A stretch of DNA of 63,483 nt, counting the filler. It is 4 parts of 4 records of this genome, joined end to end, with 100 filler letters (N's around TTAATTAATTAA, not from the genome) between each part and the next. Parts side by side here need not be neighbours in the genome. Positions count along the whole stretch, not along the records: positions 33,441 to 57,977 come from DRR723986_5260; 3 more parts are not named here. One strand, 5' to 3'. Below the pieces are notes generated by a model, which worked only from the letters and a program-made list of their open reading frames with translations, was not told the DNA's origin and searched no databases. Numbering within the stretch: the first letter of the stretch is position 1; each line of letters begins with the position of its first letter. Shown in pieces: positions 47,662-58,077 of this stretch. Position numbers and translations under genes: made by a program.

Positions 47662-49125
47662 ATGGCTTTACCACTTAGCGACCCCGGACTGCTCAAAACC
47701 CGGGCCTACGTCGACGGCAGCTGGATCGATGCGGATGATGGCGCGACCTTCCCGGTCACCAACCCCGCCACCGGTGAGGTCATCGCCCAGGTCGCCAGGC
47801 TTGGCGCGGCCGAAACGTCACGAGCCATCGCCGCGGCTGACCGTGCCATGACCGAGTGGAAAGCCTTGCCGGCCAAGTCCCGCGCCCAGATCCTGCGACG
47901 CTGGTTTGACCTGATGATGGCCAACCAGGAAGATCTCGCCATCATCATGACCGCCGAGCAGGGCAAGGTGCTGGCCGAGTCCCGCGGTGAAGTGGCCTAC
48001 GGGGCCGCATTCATGGAATGGTTCGGGGAAGAAGCCAAGCGCATCGACGGCGATGTCATCCCGGGGCCCTCGCCCGACAAACGTATTGTCTGCATCAAGC
48101 AGCCGGTCGGCGTGGTCGCTGCAATTACCCCGTGGAACTTCCCCAATGCGATGATCGCCCGCAAGGCGGCACCGGCGCTTGCCGCCGGCTGCACCATCGT
48201 CATCAAACCGGCTACCGAGACACCCCTGTCCGCATTTGCGATGGCGGAACTCGCCGAGCGGGCCGGCGTCCCTGCCGGGGTAATCAATATCGTCGCCGGC
48301 AGCTCCTCGGAGATCGGCGGGGAGCTCACCGGCAACCCGACGGTTCGCAAGCTAACCTTCACCGGCAGTACGCCGGTGGGCAAAATGCTGGAGGCCCAGT
48401 GCGCCCAGACCATGAAGAAAACCTCCATGGAACTCGGCGGCAACGCGCCCTTCATCGTGTTCGACGATGCGGACCTCGATGCCGCCGTCCAGGGCGCCGT
48501 GATATCCAAGTATCGCAATGCCGGGCAGACCTGCGTCTGCTCCAACCGCCTGTTCGTGCAGGACGGCATCTACGACCGCTTCGTGGAGAAGCTGGTCAAG
48601 GCCACCGCAGAACTGATAGTCGGAAACGGACTGCAGGATGGCATCACTGTCGGACCCCTGGTCAACGAGGGCGCAGTGAATGACGTCCACCAGCTGGTAT
48701 CCGCATCCGTCGGGGCCGGCGCCCAGGTGGCACTTGGCGGCGGCCCCCACGAACTGGGAGGCTGTTTTTACCAGCCCACGGTACTGACCGAGGTCAGCCC
48801 CGACATGGCAGTATTCCGCAACGAGATTTTCGGCCCGGTAGCGCCCGTTATTCGCTTCAGCACGGAAGAACAGGTGATCGCCATGGCAAACGACACCGAG
48901 TTCGGGCTGGCATCCTATTTTTACACCCGCGATATTGGCCGGGTCTGGCGCGTTGCGGAAGCGCTGGAATACGGTATTGTCGGCATTAACGAGGGCATTA
49001 TTTCCAACGAAATGGCGCCCTTCGGCGGGGTCAAGGAATCCGGCTCGGGACGAGAGGGATCCAAATACGGCATCGACGATTACGTCGAGATAAAGTACAT
49101 GCTCATGGGCGGCCTGGACCGCTAG
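47662..49125 (+). CDS. gabD: NAD(P)-dependent succinate-semialdehyde dehydrogenase
   Basis: ITPWNFP, FTGST, ELGGNAPF, YRNAGQTCVC, EIFGP, GREGSKYGI. Confidence 0.92.
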   Translation: MALPLSDPGLLKTRAYVDGSWIDADDGATFPVTNPATGEVIAQVARLGAAETSRAIAAADRAMTEWKALPAKSRAQILRRWFDLMMANQEDLAIIMTAEQGKVLAESRGEVAYGAAFMEWFGEEAKRIDGDVIPGPSPDKRIVCIKQPVGVVAAITPWNFPNAMIARKAAPALAAGCTIVIKPATETPLSAFAMAELAERAGVPAGVINIVAGSSSEIGGELTGNPTVRKLTFTGSTPVGKMLEAQCAQTMKKTSMELGGNAPFIVFDDADLDAAVQGAVISKYRNAGQTCVCSNRLFVQDGIYDRFVEKLVKATAELIVGNGLQDGITVGPLVNEGAVNDVHQLVSASVGAGAQVALGGGPHELGGCFYQPTVLTEVSPDMAVFRNEIFGPVAPVIRFSTEEQVIAMANDTEFGLASYFYTRDIGRVWRVAEALEYGIVGINEGIISNEMAPFGGVKESGSGREGSKYGIDDYVEIKYMLMGGLDR

Positions 49126-49137
49126 GGGATTCGTAAG

Positions 49138-50493
49138 ATGACTGAACTCACGCTTGAGAACTGGTGGCAACCGTTTACCAACGTCCGCGCTTTCCGCGAA
49201 AAACCGCGCATTTTTACCCGCGCCCAGGGTTCCTTCCTGTTCCGTGAGGACGGGCAGGACGTGCTTGATATCACCGCCGGGCTGTGGTGCTGTAACCTCG
49301 GCCACGGCCGGCCAGAAATCGCCGATGCGGTGCACCGGCAGTTGATGGAACTGGACTACGCCCCGCCCTTCCAGTTCGGGACACCACCTGCCTTTCAGTT
49401 CGCCGAGCGCATCGCAAAACACACGCCGGCGGGCATCAACCGGATTTTCTTCACCAACTCCGGTTCCGAGGCGGTCGATACTGCCCTGAAGATTGCCCAG
49501 CTCTACCAGCACGCCCGCGGCAAAGGCGGCAAAACCCGGTTCATTTCGCGTGAACAGGGTTACCACGGAGTTAATATCGGGGGCACCTCGATGCAGGGAT
49601 TGCCGACCAATCGTCACGGCTTCCCGGTGTTAGAGCAGGTCGACTTTCTGCCGGGCATGCTGGACATCTCGCGTAACGCCTTCAGCCGCGGCAGCCCCGA
49701 GCACGGTACCGACGCCATGGTCGAGGCCTTTGAGCACATCGTCGGCATGCGTGGTGCGGACAGCATCTGCGCAGTGATCATCGAACCCGTGTCAGGCGCC
49801 GGCGGCATGGTGCCGCCACCGAAAGGTTACCTGAAGGCCATTCGTGAACTTTGCGACAGACACGACATCCTGCTCATCTTCGATGAGGTTATCACCGGCT
49901 TCGGCCGCACTGGCTCCGCTTTTGCGGCTATCGAGTTCGATGTGACGCCGGACCTGATCACCAGTGCGAAAGCGATCAATGGGGGCACGGTTCCGATGGG
50001 TGGCGTATTCGTACGCGAGGAAATCCAACAGGCCATCTTCGATCATGCGCCCACCACCGTGCCGGAATTTTTCCATGGCAACACCTATGCCGGTACGCCC
50101 GTCGCTGCGGCGGCGGGCCTTGCGGCGATGGATATTTACGAGCGGGAAGGCCTGTTTACCTGCGCCGGCGAAAGCAAGGGCCAGTACTGGGAAGATGCCC
50201 TGCACAGCCTGGCCGATCTCCCGCAGGTCATCGATATACGCAACTACGGACTGCTCGGGGCAGTCAGCTTCGATCCGCTCGATCAGCCAGCGAAATCCGT
50301 GGGACCGAAAATTCACCAGCGCTGCCTGGATAACGGCCTGCTGTGCCGGGCGGTCGGTGACAACATGGTCATGTCCCCGCCCCTATCGATCAGCGAAACT
50401 GAAATCGACCTGTTCGTTGAGCGCTTCCGGCGCAGCGTGACCGAGGTGCTCGGCGAAGCACGTCCTGCCGCCGCCACCGCAGCGTCTGCCTGA
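49138..50493 (+). CDS. class III aminotransferase (omega-amino acid:pyruvate type)
   Basis: W.PFT, AGLWCCNLGH, NSGSEAVDTALK, YHG, FDEVITGFGRTG, SAK, HGNTY. Confidence 0.9.
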   Translation: MTELTLENWWQPFTNVRAFREKPRIFTRAQGSFLFREDGQDVLDITAGLWCCNLGHGRPEIADAVHRQLMELDYAPPFQFGTPPAFQFAERIAKHTPAGINRIFFTNSGSEAVDTALKIAQLYQHARGKGGKTRFISREQGYHGVNIGGTSMQGLPTNRHGFPVLEQVDFLPGMLDISRNAFSRGSPEHGTDAMVEAFEHIVGMRGADSICAVIIEPVSGAGGMVPPPKGYLKAIRELCDRHDILLIFDEVITGFGRTGSAFAAIEFDVTPDLITSAKAINGGTVPMGGVFVREEIQQAIFDHAPTTVPEFFHGNTYAGTPVAAAAGLAAMDIYEREGLFTCAGESKGQYWEDALHSLADLPQVIDIRNYGLLGAVSFDPLDQPAKSVGPKIHQRCLDNGLLCRAVGDNMVMSPPLSISETEIDLFVERFRRSVTEVLGEARPAAATAASA

Positions 50494-50538
50494 CCCTGTC
50501 GCCTGGATATTGGCGCGGAGCCTGCTCCGCGCCGCGTC

Positions 50539-52458
50539 TCAGGGACCGCTGTTCTCGGTAAGGCGTCGCATCAGCACTTCGAGCTCGGCGAGATTGAGGC
50601 TACCGTCCTTGTCATCGTCGAGAAACCACCAGCGCCAGCCGATCGACTTGCGCAAACGCTCCGGCATTTCCTCTTTCGCTACCAGGCCATCCATGTCTGA
50701 GTCCATGAAACCCATCCACTGGGCGGTCTCGGACGTCATGTGACTGTGGATAGGCGCGTCGCTGCGCTCCCGGTTCCAGCTAAAGCTGATCGACCCGTAG
50801 AGCATCTCATCCTCGGACTGCAGACCCCAGGGCACCACGCGTGCCGGGTCCGGGTTACCCGGATTGTTGGCCGAGTTGTCGTAGGTCGTCCGGTGGATGA
50901 TCCGCGTGCCGGCCGGCACCTGTTTGGGTTCGACAAAGCTATAGGTGCGCTGCCAGTTGAAGTCATAGTTAGGCACCGACAGGATCAACTCGGTACTGCC
51001 ATCGGGATACGCCAGCTCAAAGCGCGAGCTGCGGCCCCGATAATGCGCGTGCGGCACAAGCGAATACAGGGTCGCGTCTTCCCAGAAGGTGAAGTAAGCC
51101 GCTACCTCGTGGGCTTCAGCACCGGCAGGAATACGCAGCCGGGGATTGAGCACCACCTGCTGGCGCAGGTAATTGGCGGGCGGCTGCTCGGCGAAGTACA
51201 GCGCGACGCGAGTGCGGTCGGTCGAGGCCCGGCCATAGGGTGTGTAGTGCATCTGGAACAGGTAAACCCCACCCACGGGCACGAACACCCCGGTGCCCTC
51301 GGGCATGAAGGCCGATTCATTGCCCGGGGCATACCCCATGATGTAATTCTGGAAAACGCTTTCGCGATCCTGCTCTGCCGGTGCCTGGTCTGCCGACCCC
51401 ATCAGCACGTGGTGGACCGCCTGGCCGTCACCAGGGATGATCGTGGCGGCGCGTACCCAGACGTCCCGTGCCAATGGATTGGCAACCACCGGGAACTGGT
51501 AGTCGACGATTCCCGTAGCCGGCACATCAAATGCGGGAACCTCGAGCACGAGATCTGGCTCACCCAGCGGCCAGTCAGTAGAAACAGGGGCGACAGACAG
51601 CAGTGGGTCGGGCCCGGTACCGCGTGGCGCACCGGCCTCGATCCAGCTGATCAACAGCCGGGTTTCCTGATCGCTGAGACCAGCGTCCCCCTGCCAGTGC
51701 CCGACTTCCGGGTCAGCGTGCCAGGGCGGCATGCGCCGGGTCCGGATCACCTCGCGCATCATCGGCGCGAAACCCTGGACCATGCGGTATTCCGACATTG
51801 CCCAGGGACCGATGCCACCCTCACGGTGGCAGGTTACACAGTTTTCGATAAGCAGTGGCGCGATGGTCTCACTGTAGTCCGCCACCGCTGGCAGGTGCTC
51901 CGGCGGCACCAGCCGGCAACCGGACGCCGCAGCGGGGTCACCTGCGGGCTGGAGACCAGCGAGCACCGCGGCCAGCGCATCGTCCGCATCTACCGAGACC
52001 TGGCGCTTATCCTCCGGCGCGGCTACCGCACCGCGGTAACGCAGCTCCCTGCTGGCTGCATCGATTACCAGCACCTCCCCGGCCCGGGCCAGGCCCAGCG
52101 AGGGCGCAATAATGCCGGCCCGGTCTCGAAGCACCGGTATATCCAGATCCAAGTCATCGACTGCCGCGGCCAGCACTTCCCGGCTACTGAGCGGGCCCTG
52201 GTCCAGCAGCAGGAACTCGACCCCGTCGCTCCGGTAAGCGTCGCGCAATGACGCAAGCGCTGCGACGGCGCCGGGCATCGAGGGGCAGGTGCTGTCGAAG
52301 GCCATCAGCACGACAGCGCTCGCGTCCTTGCGGTAAAACAGCTCATGTGCCTCGCCGCGTTGATCAAGGAGAACGAAATTTTCAACCCGGGCGCTTGCCG
52401 CAGAAGCAAAACCCGTCGCCAGCAACAGGAGCACAGAGCAAAGCAGGCGTTGAATCAT
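50539..52458 (-). CDS. exported redoxin + cytochrome c + PHM-like copper monooxygenase + EF-hand fusion
   Basis: signal peptide; thioredoxin-like N-domain; CVTCH...MPP; VHH, MHY, PHAH, EDEM; DSDMDGLVAKEE and DDDKDGSLNLAE. Confidence 0.8.
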   Translation of the reverse strand: MIQRLLCSVLLLLATGFASAASARVENFVLLDQRGEAHELFYRKDASAVVLMAFDSTCPSMPGAVAALASLRDAYRSDGVEFLLLDQGPLSSREVLAAAVDDLDLDIPVLRDRAGIIAPSLGLARAGEVLVIDAASRELRYRGAVAAPEDKRQVSVDADDALAAVLAGLQPAGDPAAASGCRLVPPEHLPAVADYSETIAPLLIENCVTCHREGGIGPWAMSEYRMVQGFAPMMREVIRTRRMPPWHADPEVGHWQGDAGLSDQETRLLISWIEAGAPRGTGPDPLLSVAPVSTDWPLGEPDLVLEVPAFDVPATGIVDYQFPVVANPLARDVWVRAATIIPGDGQAVHHVLMGSADQAPAEQDRESVFQNYIMGYAPGNESAFMPEGTGVFVPVGGVYLFQMHYTPYGRASTDRTRVALYFAEQPPANYLRQQVVLNPRLRIPAGAEAHEVAAYFTFWEDATLYSLVPHAHYRGRSSRFELAYPDGSTELILSVPNYDFNWQRTYSFVEPKQVPAGTRIIHRTTYDNSANNPGNPDPARVVPWGLQSEDEMLYGSISFSWNRERSDAPIHSHMTSETAQWMGFMDSDMDGLVAKEEMPERLRKSIGWRWWFLDDDKDGSLNLAELEVLMRRLTENSGP

Positions 52459-52549
52459 GGCAGTCATCTCGTGTGTGTTCATTAGGCTGGGCGCTAGTGT
52501 AACCGGAAGCGGAGGCTGGGGGGCAGTCCAGGCTGGGGCAAGTGCACTG

Positions 52550-52735
52550 TTATTCGCCGCGCACCCGCTCTTTACCACAGCGGGCGCAACGGTAAACCGT
52601 GATCAGCTTGCCCTGTTTGACGTCGAACTTGCGCGCCTTGTCCACCGCCCACTTATGGTGACCTTCCCGACACAGGGCCTTGCCCTTGTGCCGTTGGGCG
52701 GCGGATGGACGTTTGAACGGAACGATCTCAGCCAC
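52550..52735 (-). CDS. 61-aa basic Zn-ribbon-like protein
   Basis: LCREGHHKW...YRCARCGK. Confidence 0.65.
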   Translation of the reverse strand: MAEIVPFKRPSAAQRHKGKALCREGHHKWAVDKARKFDVKQGKLITVYRCARCGKERVRGE

Positions 52736-52759
52736 AGGCCGGGCTCACCGCCTGCGAGC

Positions 52760-54250
52760 TCACAGCAAGGTACGCTGCACGGCCTGCTGCCAGGAGGCAA
52801 GTCGGGCGCGGCGCGCACTGGCCGACATTTCCACCCGGAACTCGCGCTCCGACTGCCAGATCTTGCGAACCTCCGCCGGCCCCTGCCACAGGCCGACACC
52901 GAGTCCCGCCAGGTAACAGGCGCCGGCCACGGTGGTTTCGATTACCTGCGGGCGAATCAAGCGGCGGCCGAGCACATCTGCCTGGATCTGCATAAGCAGG
53001 TTATTGGCGGCGGCACCGCCATCCACCCGTAAGGGCCGCATTCGCTTGCCCAGATCCTGTTCCATTGCCCGCAGGATATCGGCATTCTGCAGCGCCATTG
53101 CGTCCAGGGTGGCGCGGGCAATATGCCCCTGTCCAGTGCCCCGGGTCAGCCCGGTCAGGGTACCGCGGGCGTCCGGTGCCCAGTGGGGCGCGCCCAGGCC
53201 AGTCAGCGCGGGAACGAATTCGACCCCGTCGTGATCTTTCACCGAGGCCGCGAGAGGCTCGATGTCCTGCGCCCTACGGATGATTTTCAAACCATCGCGC
53301 AACCACTGCACCGCAGCGCCACAGACAAATGCGCCACCTTCCAGCGCATAAACCGGCTTGCCGCGTTCGCCGAGCTGCCAGGCAACCGTTGTTAACAGGC
53401 CAGCACTGGAGTGCAGCACTGAGGACCCGGTATTCATCAGGATGAAAGAACCCGTACCGAACGTGCACTTCGCATCGCCAGCCGCAAAACAGGCCTGGCC
53501 AAACAGCGCGGACTGCTGATCGCCCGCGACACCGGCGATCGGTATGCCATCGGGCAGGCCCGGGATGCCCCGGGTGTGCCCCAGCACGCCGCTGCTGGGT
53601 GCTATGCGCGGCAATATCTGGGCGGGCACCTCGAACAGGTCGAGCAACTCCCTGTCCCAGGCCAGCGACTGCAGGTTCATAAGCGATGTGCGGGAAGCGT
53701 TGGTCACATCAGTGACATGCGCATCGCCTCCCGACAATTGCCAGATCAGGAAACTGTCGATGGTACCCGCCGCCACCCTGCCGGCCTTCAGCAAGGGTTT
53801 GACACCCGGTGTGTTGCGTAGCAGCCAGCGAAACTTGCTGGCGGAAAAATACGGGTCCAGTACCAGGCCGCTTTTGCGCCGGACTCGCTTCTCGTGGCCA
53901 GCTGATTTGAGGGCCTCACAAAAATCCGTGGTGCGACGGCACTGCCAGACAATGGCATTGCCGAGCGCCTCGCCCGACTTGCGGTCCCACAGCAGCGAGG
54001 TTTCTCGCTGGTTGGTAATTCCGATAGCGACGATGTCGCGCGGCTCACACAATTTCTTACGCAGTATCGCGCGCAGGCCTTTAAGCACCGACTGCCAGAT
54101 ATCCGCTGGCCGATGCTCCACCCAGCCGGGCTGGGGGTAGATCTGGGGAAACTCGTTGTTAACTGCGCCGAGCAGTCGGCCGCGCGCATCCATCAGCGCG
54201 ACCGTACTGCCCGTCGTGCCCTGGTCGATTGCCAGGATGTAGCCTGCCAT
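52760..54250 (-). CDS. glpK: glycerol kinase
   Basis: IDQGTTGS, GITNQRET, VWQCRRT, DPYFS, GDQQSALFGQ, GLGAPHW, VDGG. Confidence 0.93.
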   Translation of the reverse strand: MAGYILAIDQGTTGSTVALMDARGRLLGAVNNEFPQIYPQPGWVEHRPADIWQSVLKGLRAILRKKLCEPRDIVAIGITNQRETSLLWDRKSGEALGNAIVWQCRRTTDFCEALKSAGHEKRVRRKSGLVLDPYFSASKFRWLLRNTPGVKPLLKAGRVAAGTIDSFLIWQLSGGDAHVTDVTNASRTSLMNLQSLAWDRELLDLFEVPAQILPRIAPSSGVLGHTRGIPGLPDGIPIAGVAGDQQSALFGQACFAAGDAKCTFGTGSFILMNTGSSVLHSSAGLLTTVAWQLGERGKPVYALEGGAFVCGAAVQWLRDGLKIIRRAQDIEPLAASVKDHDGVEFVPALTGLGAPHWAPDARGTLTGLTRGTGQGHIARATLDAMALQNADILRAMEQDLGKRMRPLRVDGGAAANNLLMQIQADVLGRRLIRPQVIETTVAGACYLAGLGVGLWQGPAEVRKIWQSEREFRVEMSASARRARLASWQQAVQRTLL

Positions 54251-55677
54251 CAGGCAGCGTAGCCCTCGACCGCCTTGATCTCGAGGAAGTCGGTGAAGCC
54301 ATGGTGTCCCCACTCGCGGCCATTACCGGACTGCTTGTAGCCCCCAAAGGGAACATCGTAGCCGCCCGACGCACCATTGATGTGGACATTACCGGCACGA
54401 ATACGCGCCGCCACTGAGCGGGCGTGATCAATGTCCTGGCTTTGCACGTAGCCGGCCAGACCGTAGGGCGTATCGTTGGCGATACGGATGGCTTCTTCTT
54501 CGCTTTCGTAAGGGATCATGACCAGTACCGGGCCAAAGATCTCTTCCCGGGCGATAGTCATCTCGTTGTTGGCTTCGGAGAAAATCGTGGGGCGAATGAA
54601 ATAACCCTTCTCGATTCCCTCGGGACGGCCTGGACCGCCACAGACCAGCTTGGCCCCTTCTTCAATCCCTTTCTCAATCAGACCCTGGATCTTGTTGAAC
54701 TGCAGCTCCGACACCACCGGACCCATGGTGGTCGCCTCATCCGCAGGATCGCCGACCACAACACTTTCAGTCACCCGGCGTGCGATCTCCTCAGCTTCAG
54801 CGAGCTTCGACGCGGGCACCAGCATGCGCGATGGCGCGTTACAGGATTGCCCGGTGTTGTTGTACATGTGCAACACACCGCCGGTGACAGCCGCTTCCAG
54901 GTCTGCATCTTCCAGGATGATATTGGGCGACTTGCCGCCCAGCTCCTGGGTAACACGCTTCACCGTCGGCGCGGCGTTCTGGGCGACCAGGGTTCCCGCG
55001 CGAGTCGAGCCGGTGAATGACATCATGTCCACGTCCGGGTGCTTGGACAGCGCTGTGCCCACGGTGGCACCGTCGCCATTGACCATGTTGAATACACCGG
55101 CGGGAACGCCGGCTTCGTGCAGGATCTGGGTCCACAGGTAGGCGGACAGGGGCGCCACTTCACTGGGTTTGAGCACCATGGTGCAGCCTACTGCCAGGGC
55201 CGGCGCGACCTTGCAGGCAATCTGGTTCACCGGCCAGTTCCAGGGCGTGATCAGGCCGCAGACACCGATCGGCTCCTTGAAGACGCGGTGCTCTCCCAGG
55301 TCTTCTTCAAAGGGGAAGTCCTTCAGCACCTTGGCCGCCTGCTCCAGATGACCGAGGCCGGTATGCGCCTGGGCAGTGTTCGCGAGGCTCCTGGGTGCGC
55401 CCATTTCCTCGCGGATCGCGTCGGCCATGTCGTTGTAGTATTTCTGGTAGACCGAAACGCAGCTCTCCAGCAGGTCCAGGCGCTCCTTCCTCGAGCTGAA
55501 GCCGTAACTCTGGAAGGCAGCCTTGGCTGCGGCCACCGCGCGATTCACATCCTCCTCGGAACCCAGCGAAATATGGGCACAGACCTCCTCGGTCGCGGGA
55601 TTGATGACATCCAACAGTTTCGGCGTTACCGGGTCTACCCATTCGCCGTTGATATAGAACTGTGTGTATTCGCGCAT
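54250..55677 (-). CDS. aldehyde dehydrogenase
   Basis: ITPWNWP, FTGS, ELGGKS, N.GQSC, EIFGP; TGATG coupling to glpK. Confidence 0.92.
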   Translation of the reverse strand: MREYTQFYINGEWVDPVTPKLLDVINPATEEVCAHISLGSEEDVNRAVAAAKAAFQSYGFSSRKERLDLLESCVSVYQKYYNDMADAIREEMGAPRSLANTAQAHTGLGHLEQAAKVLKDFPFEEDLGEHRVFKEPIGVCGLITPWNWPVNQIACKVAPALAVGCTMVLKPSEVAPLSAYLWTQILHEAGVPAGVFNMVNGDGATVGTALSKHPDVDMMSFTGSTRAGTLVAQNAAPTVKRVTQELGGKSPNIILEDADLEAAVTGGVLHMYNNTGQSCNAPSRMLVPASKLAEAEEIARRVTESVVVGDPADEATTMGPVVSELQFNKIQGLIEKGIEEGAKLVCGGPGRPEGIEKGYFIRPTIFSEANNEMTIAREEIFGPVLVMIPYESEEEAIRIANDTPYGLAGYVQSQDIDHARSVAARIRAGNVHINGASGGYDVPFGGYKQSGNGREWGHHGFTDFLEIKAVEGYAA

Positions 55678-55755
55678 CGTGATGCTCCTTAGCGGTTGAT
55701 TTTTAGGGGGCTAAGTGTAGCACCCCATCGTGCCCTGACCAGCACCCCTGGGGGG

Positions 55756-56766
55756 TTATGAACTTCGCGCCCGGCGGAACGCCAGCGGTGACATTCCGGT
55801 CCACTGTTTGAACGCCCGGCTAAAGGCCGGCTCGGTCATGTCCAGGGCCTGGGCGACATCCCGGACGCGGCTGCGGCCATCGAGCAGCATGCCTACTGCA
55901 CGTTCCCGCCGCACCTGTTCCCGCAGCATGCGGAAGCTGGTGCCCTCCTTTCGCAGCTGCCGGTGCAGGGTCCGGCTACTCATGCCCCAGTGATCCGACA
56001 GTTCCTGGAGGCCTGGGTGCGCCGGTGAATCCGCCAGTATGCGCAGCACCCGCTCGCTCACCGTGCCCTCGAAATCCTGTTTCACGAACCACTCGTCCGG
56101 CAGGCGCCCCAGATAGCGACGCAACTCCTGGCGCGAGCGGATCACCGGCGCTCCCATCCACGCATTGTCGAAGCTTATTCCACTGTACGGACGCTGAAAG
56201 CTGACCGGGCCGGGGAACATCAGCCGGTACTCTTCACTGTGGGCAGGCGCAGGGAACTGGAAGCTCGTGTGGGTCAGGGGAATGCGCTCACCGATCAACC
56301 AGTTGCAGAACCGGTGCCAGGTCAGGAGCAGGAATTCCTCGAGGAAATGCTCCAGGTCGCGGTCGGGCCGCAGCAGGCGCAGCTTGAGCTGGCAGGGCCG
56401 GCCCTCAATCAAGGTCCAGCGCAGGGCAGACGAGGTGAGGTTATAAAAGCGAACAGAGTAGCGGAGTGCCTCACCCAGATTAGCGCACTCCACCATCTGG
56501 CGTGCCATCAGGGCGAAACCACCAAAACGGTGGGGAGCGGCGCCAAACCCCGCCAACTCATCGTCCAGCGCAAACCAGACCGCCCGCAGGAGTGCACCGA
56601 GCTGCTCCGGCGTGAGGCGGGTGCTGTCCGAGGCCATTTCTGACTCGCCCAGCTGCGCCGCCTGGAGCAATTCCAAACGCGAGGCCCCCTTGCCTACCGC
56701 GCGGGTGATGATGACCCGCGGAAAGTGAACCGCGAGGCCCTGGTCGACAGATGCAGGTTTTGTCAT
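55756..56766 (-). CDS. AraC-family regulator (OruR type)
   Basis: MSSRTLHRQLRKEGTSF; AFSRAFKQWTG; WLIG.RI. Confidence 0.9.
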   Translation of the reverse strand: MTKPASVDQGLAVHFPRVIITRAVGKGASRLELLQAAQLGESEMASDSTRLTPEQLGALLRAVWFALDDELAGFGAAPHRFGGFALMARQMVECANLGEALRYSVRFYNLTSSALRWTLIEGRPCQLKLRLLRPDRDLEHFLEEFLLLTWHRFCNWLIGERIPLTHTSFQFPAPAHSEEYRLMFPGPVSFQRPYSGISFDNAWMGAPVIRSRQELRRYLGRLPDEWFVKQDFEGTVSERVLRILADSPAHPGLQELSDHWGMSSRTLHRQLRKEGTSFRMLREQVRRERAVGMLLDGRSRVRDVAQALDMTEPAFSRAFKQWTGMSPLAFRRARSS

Positions 56767-56832
56767 AAAAAGTTAATTCCAGGCTACCAGACGACCTTTT
56801 CGGCGGGAAAACCTCCAACCGCCATGACGTTT

Positions 56833-56867
56833 TGTCATTTTGGATCAATTAATGGCTGATTGCATCA
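56833..56867 (+). promoter_or_regulatory. AraC-type direct repeats before the acyl-CoA dehydrogenase
   Basis: TGTCATTTTGGATCA and TGGCTGATTGCATCA at a 20-bp period. Confidence 0.4.
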
Positions 56868-56938
56868 TTGCAGTTTCGGGCCGGATTAACCAGAATTTGC
56901 ATCCTGCTGACGTCAATCAATCGACGAGGAACTCACAC

Positions 56939-57977
56939 ATGAACCAGGCTATCGATCACGATGAAATGACCCTGTTCCGCGACATGGCGCGACGCGCCTT
57001 CGAACAGGAAATCGGACCCCATTTCGAGCAATGGGAAGAGGAACACCTGGTGCCCCGTCAGCTGTGGCGCACCCTCGGAGCCGCAGGCCTGCTCTGCCCC
57101 GACGTGGATGAAGCCTACGGTGGTGCCGGCACCACGCCCCACGTTACCCTCGCCATGATCGAGGAATTGTCGCGCATGGGCTTCGGCGGTGTCGCCACGG
57201 GCTATGGCATTCACTCCAACATCGTTGCCCCATATATCAGCCGCCACGGCACCGAGGAGCAGAAACAACAGTGGCTGCCCGGTATGGTCAGCGGCGATAT
57301 CTTTGGCGCTCTTGCCATGACCGAACCGGGTGCCGGCTCCGACGTCCAGGGGATTCGCACCAGTGCGGTCAAAGACGGCGATGAGTGGGTCCTCAACGGT
57401 TCCAAGATTTTCATCACCAACGGCATCCACGCCGACCTGGTGATCGTGGCCGCGATCACCGACCCGGGCAAGGGCGCCAAGGGCACCTCGCTGTTCCTGG
57501 TCGATGTCACGCTCCCAGGTTTTGAGAAGAGCAAGAAGATTGAAAAAATCGGCCAGCACACTTCCGATACCGCCCAGCTGTTCTTCCAGGACGTGCGCCT
57601 GCCGGCCAACGCCCTGCTCGGCGAACTCAATAAGGGCTTCATCATCATGATGGAGGAACTCCCGCGGGAGCGCCTGGGTATTGCTGCGCAAGCGATCGCT
57701 GCCGCCGAAGGCGCCCTGGATATCACTGTAGAGTACGTAAAAGAGCGCAAAGCCTTCGGCCAGACTATCGGCGAGTTCCAGAACACCCGCTTCAAGCTCG
57801 CCGATGTGCGCACTGAAATCGCCCTCAATCGCGCCCTCTACGAACAGTGCGCCGATCAGTACGCAAGGGAAGAACTCACCGCGGACAAGGCCGCCATGCT
57901 GAAGCTCGCTTCCTGCGAAATGCAATGCAGCACCATCGATGACTGCCTGCAGTTGTTTGGCGGCTACGGCTACACCA
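56939..57977 (+). CDS. acyl-CoA dehydrogenase (LCAD-like), 3' end cut
   Basis: AMTEPGAGSD, NGSKIFITNG, L.RERL, R.AFG, CLQLFGGYGY. Confidence 0.93.
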
Positions 57978-58077
57978 NNNNNNNNNNNNNNNNNNNNNNN
58001 NNNNNNNNNNNNNNNNNNNNNTTAATTAATTAANNNNNNNNNNNNNNNNNNNNNNNNNNNNNNNNNNNNNNNNNNNN
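57978..58077. other. artificial contig linker
   Basis: 44 N + TTAATTAATTAA + 44 N. Confidence 0.98.

Noticed and set aside
56759-56776. TTGTCATAAAAGTTAAT as a second Pho box
   Set aside because: The second half-site is poor and the first is simply the AraC start codon region
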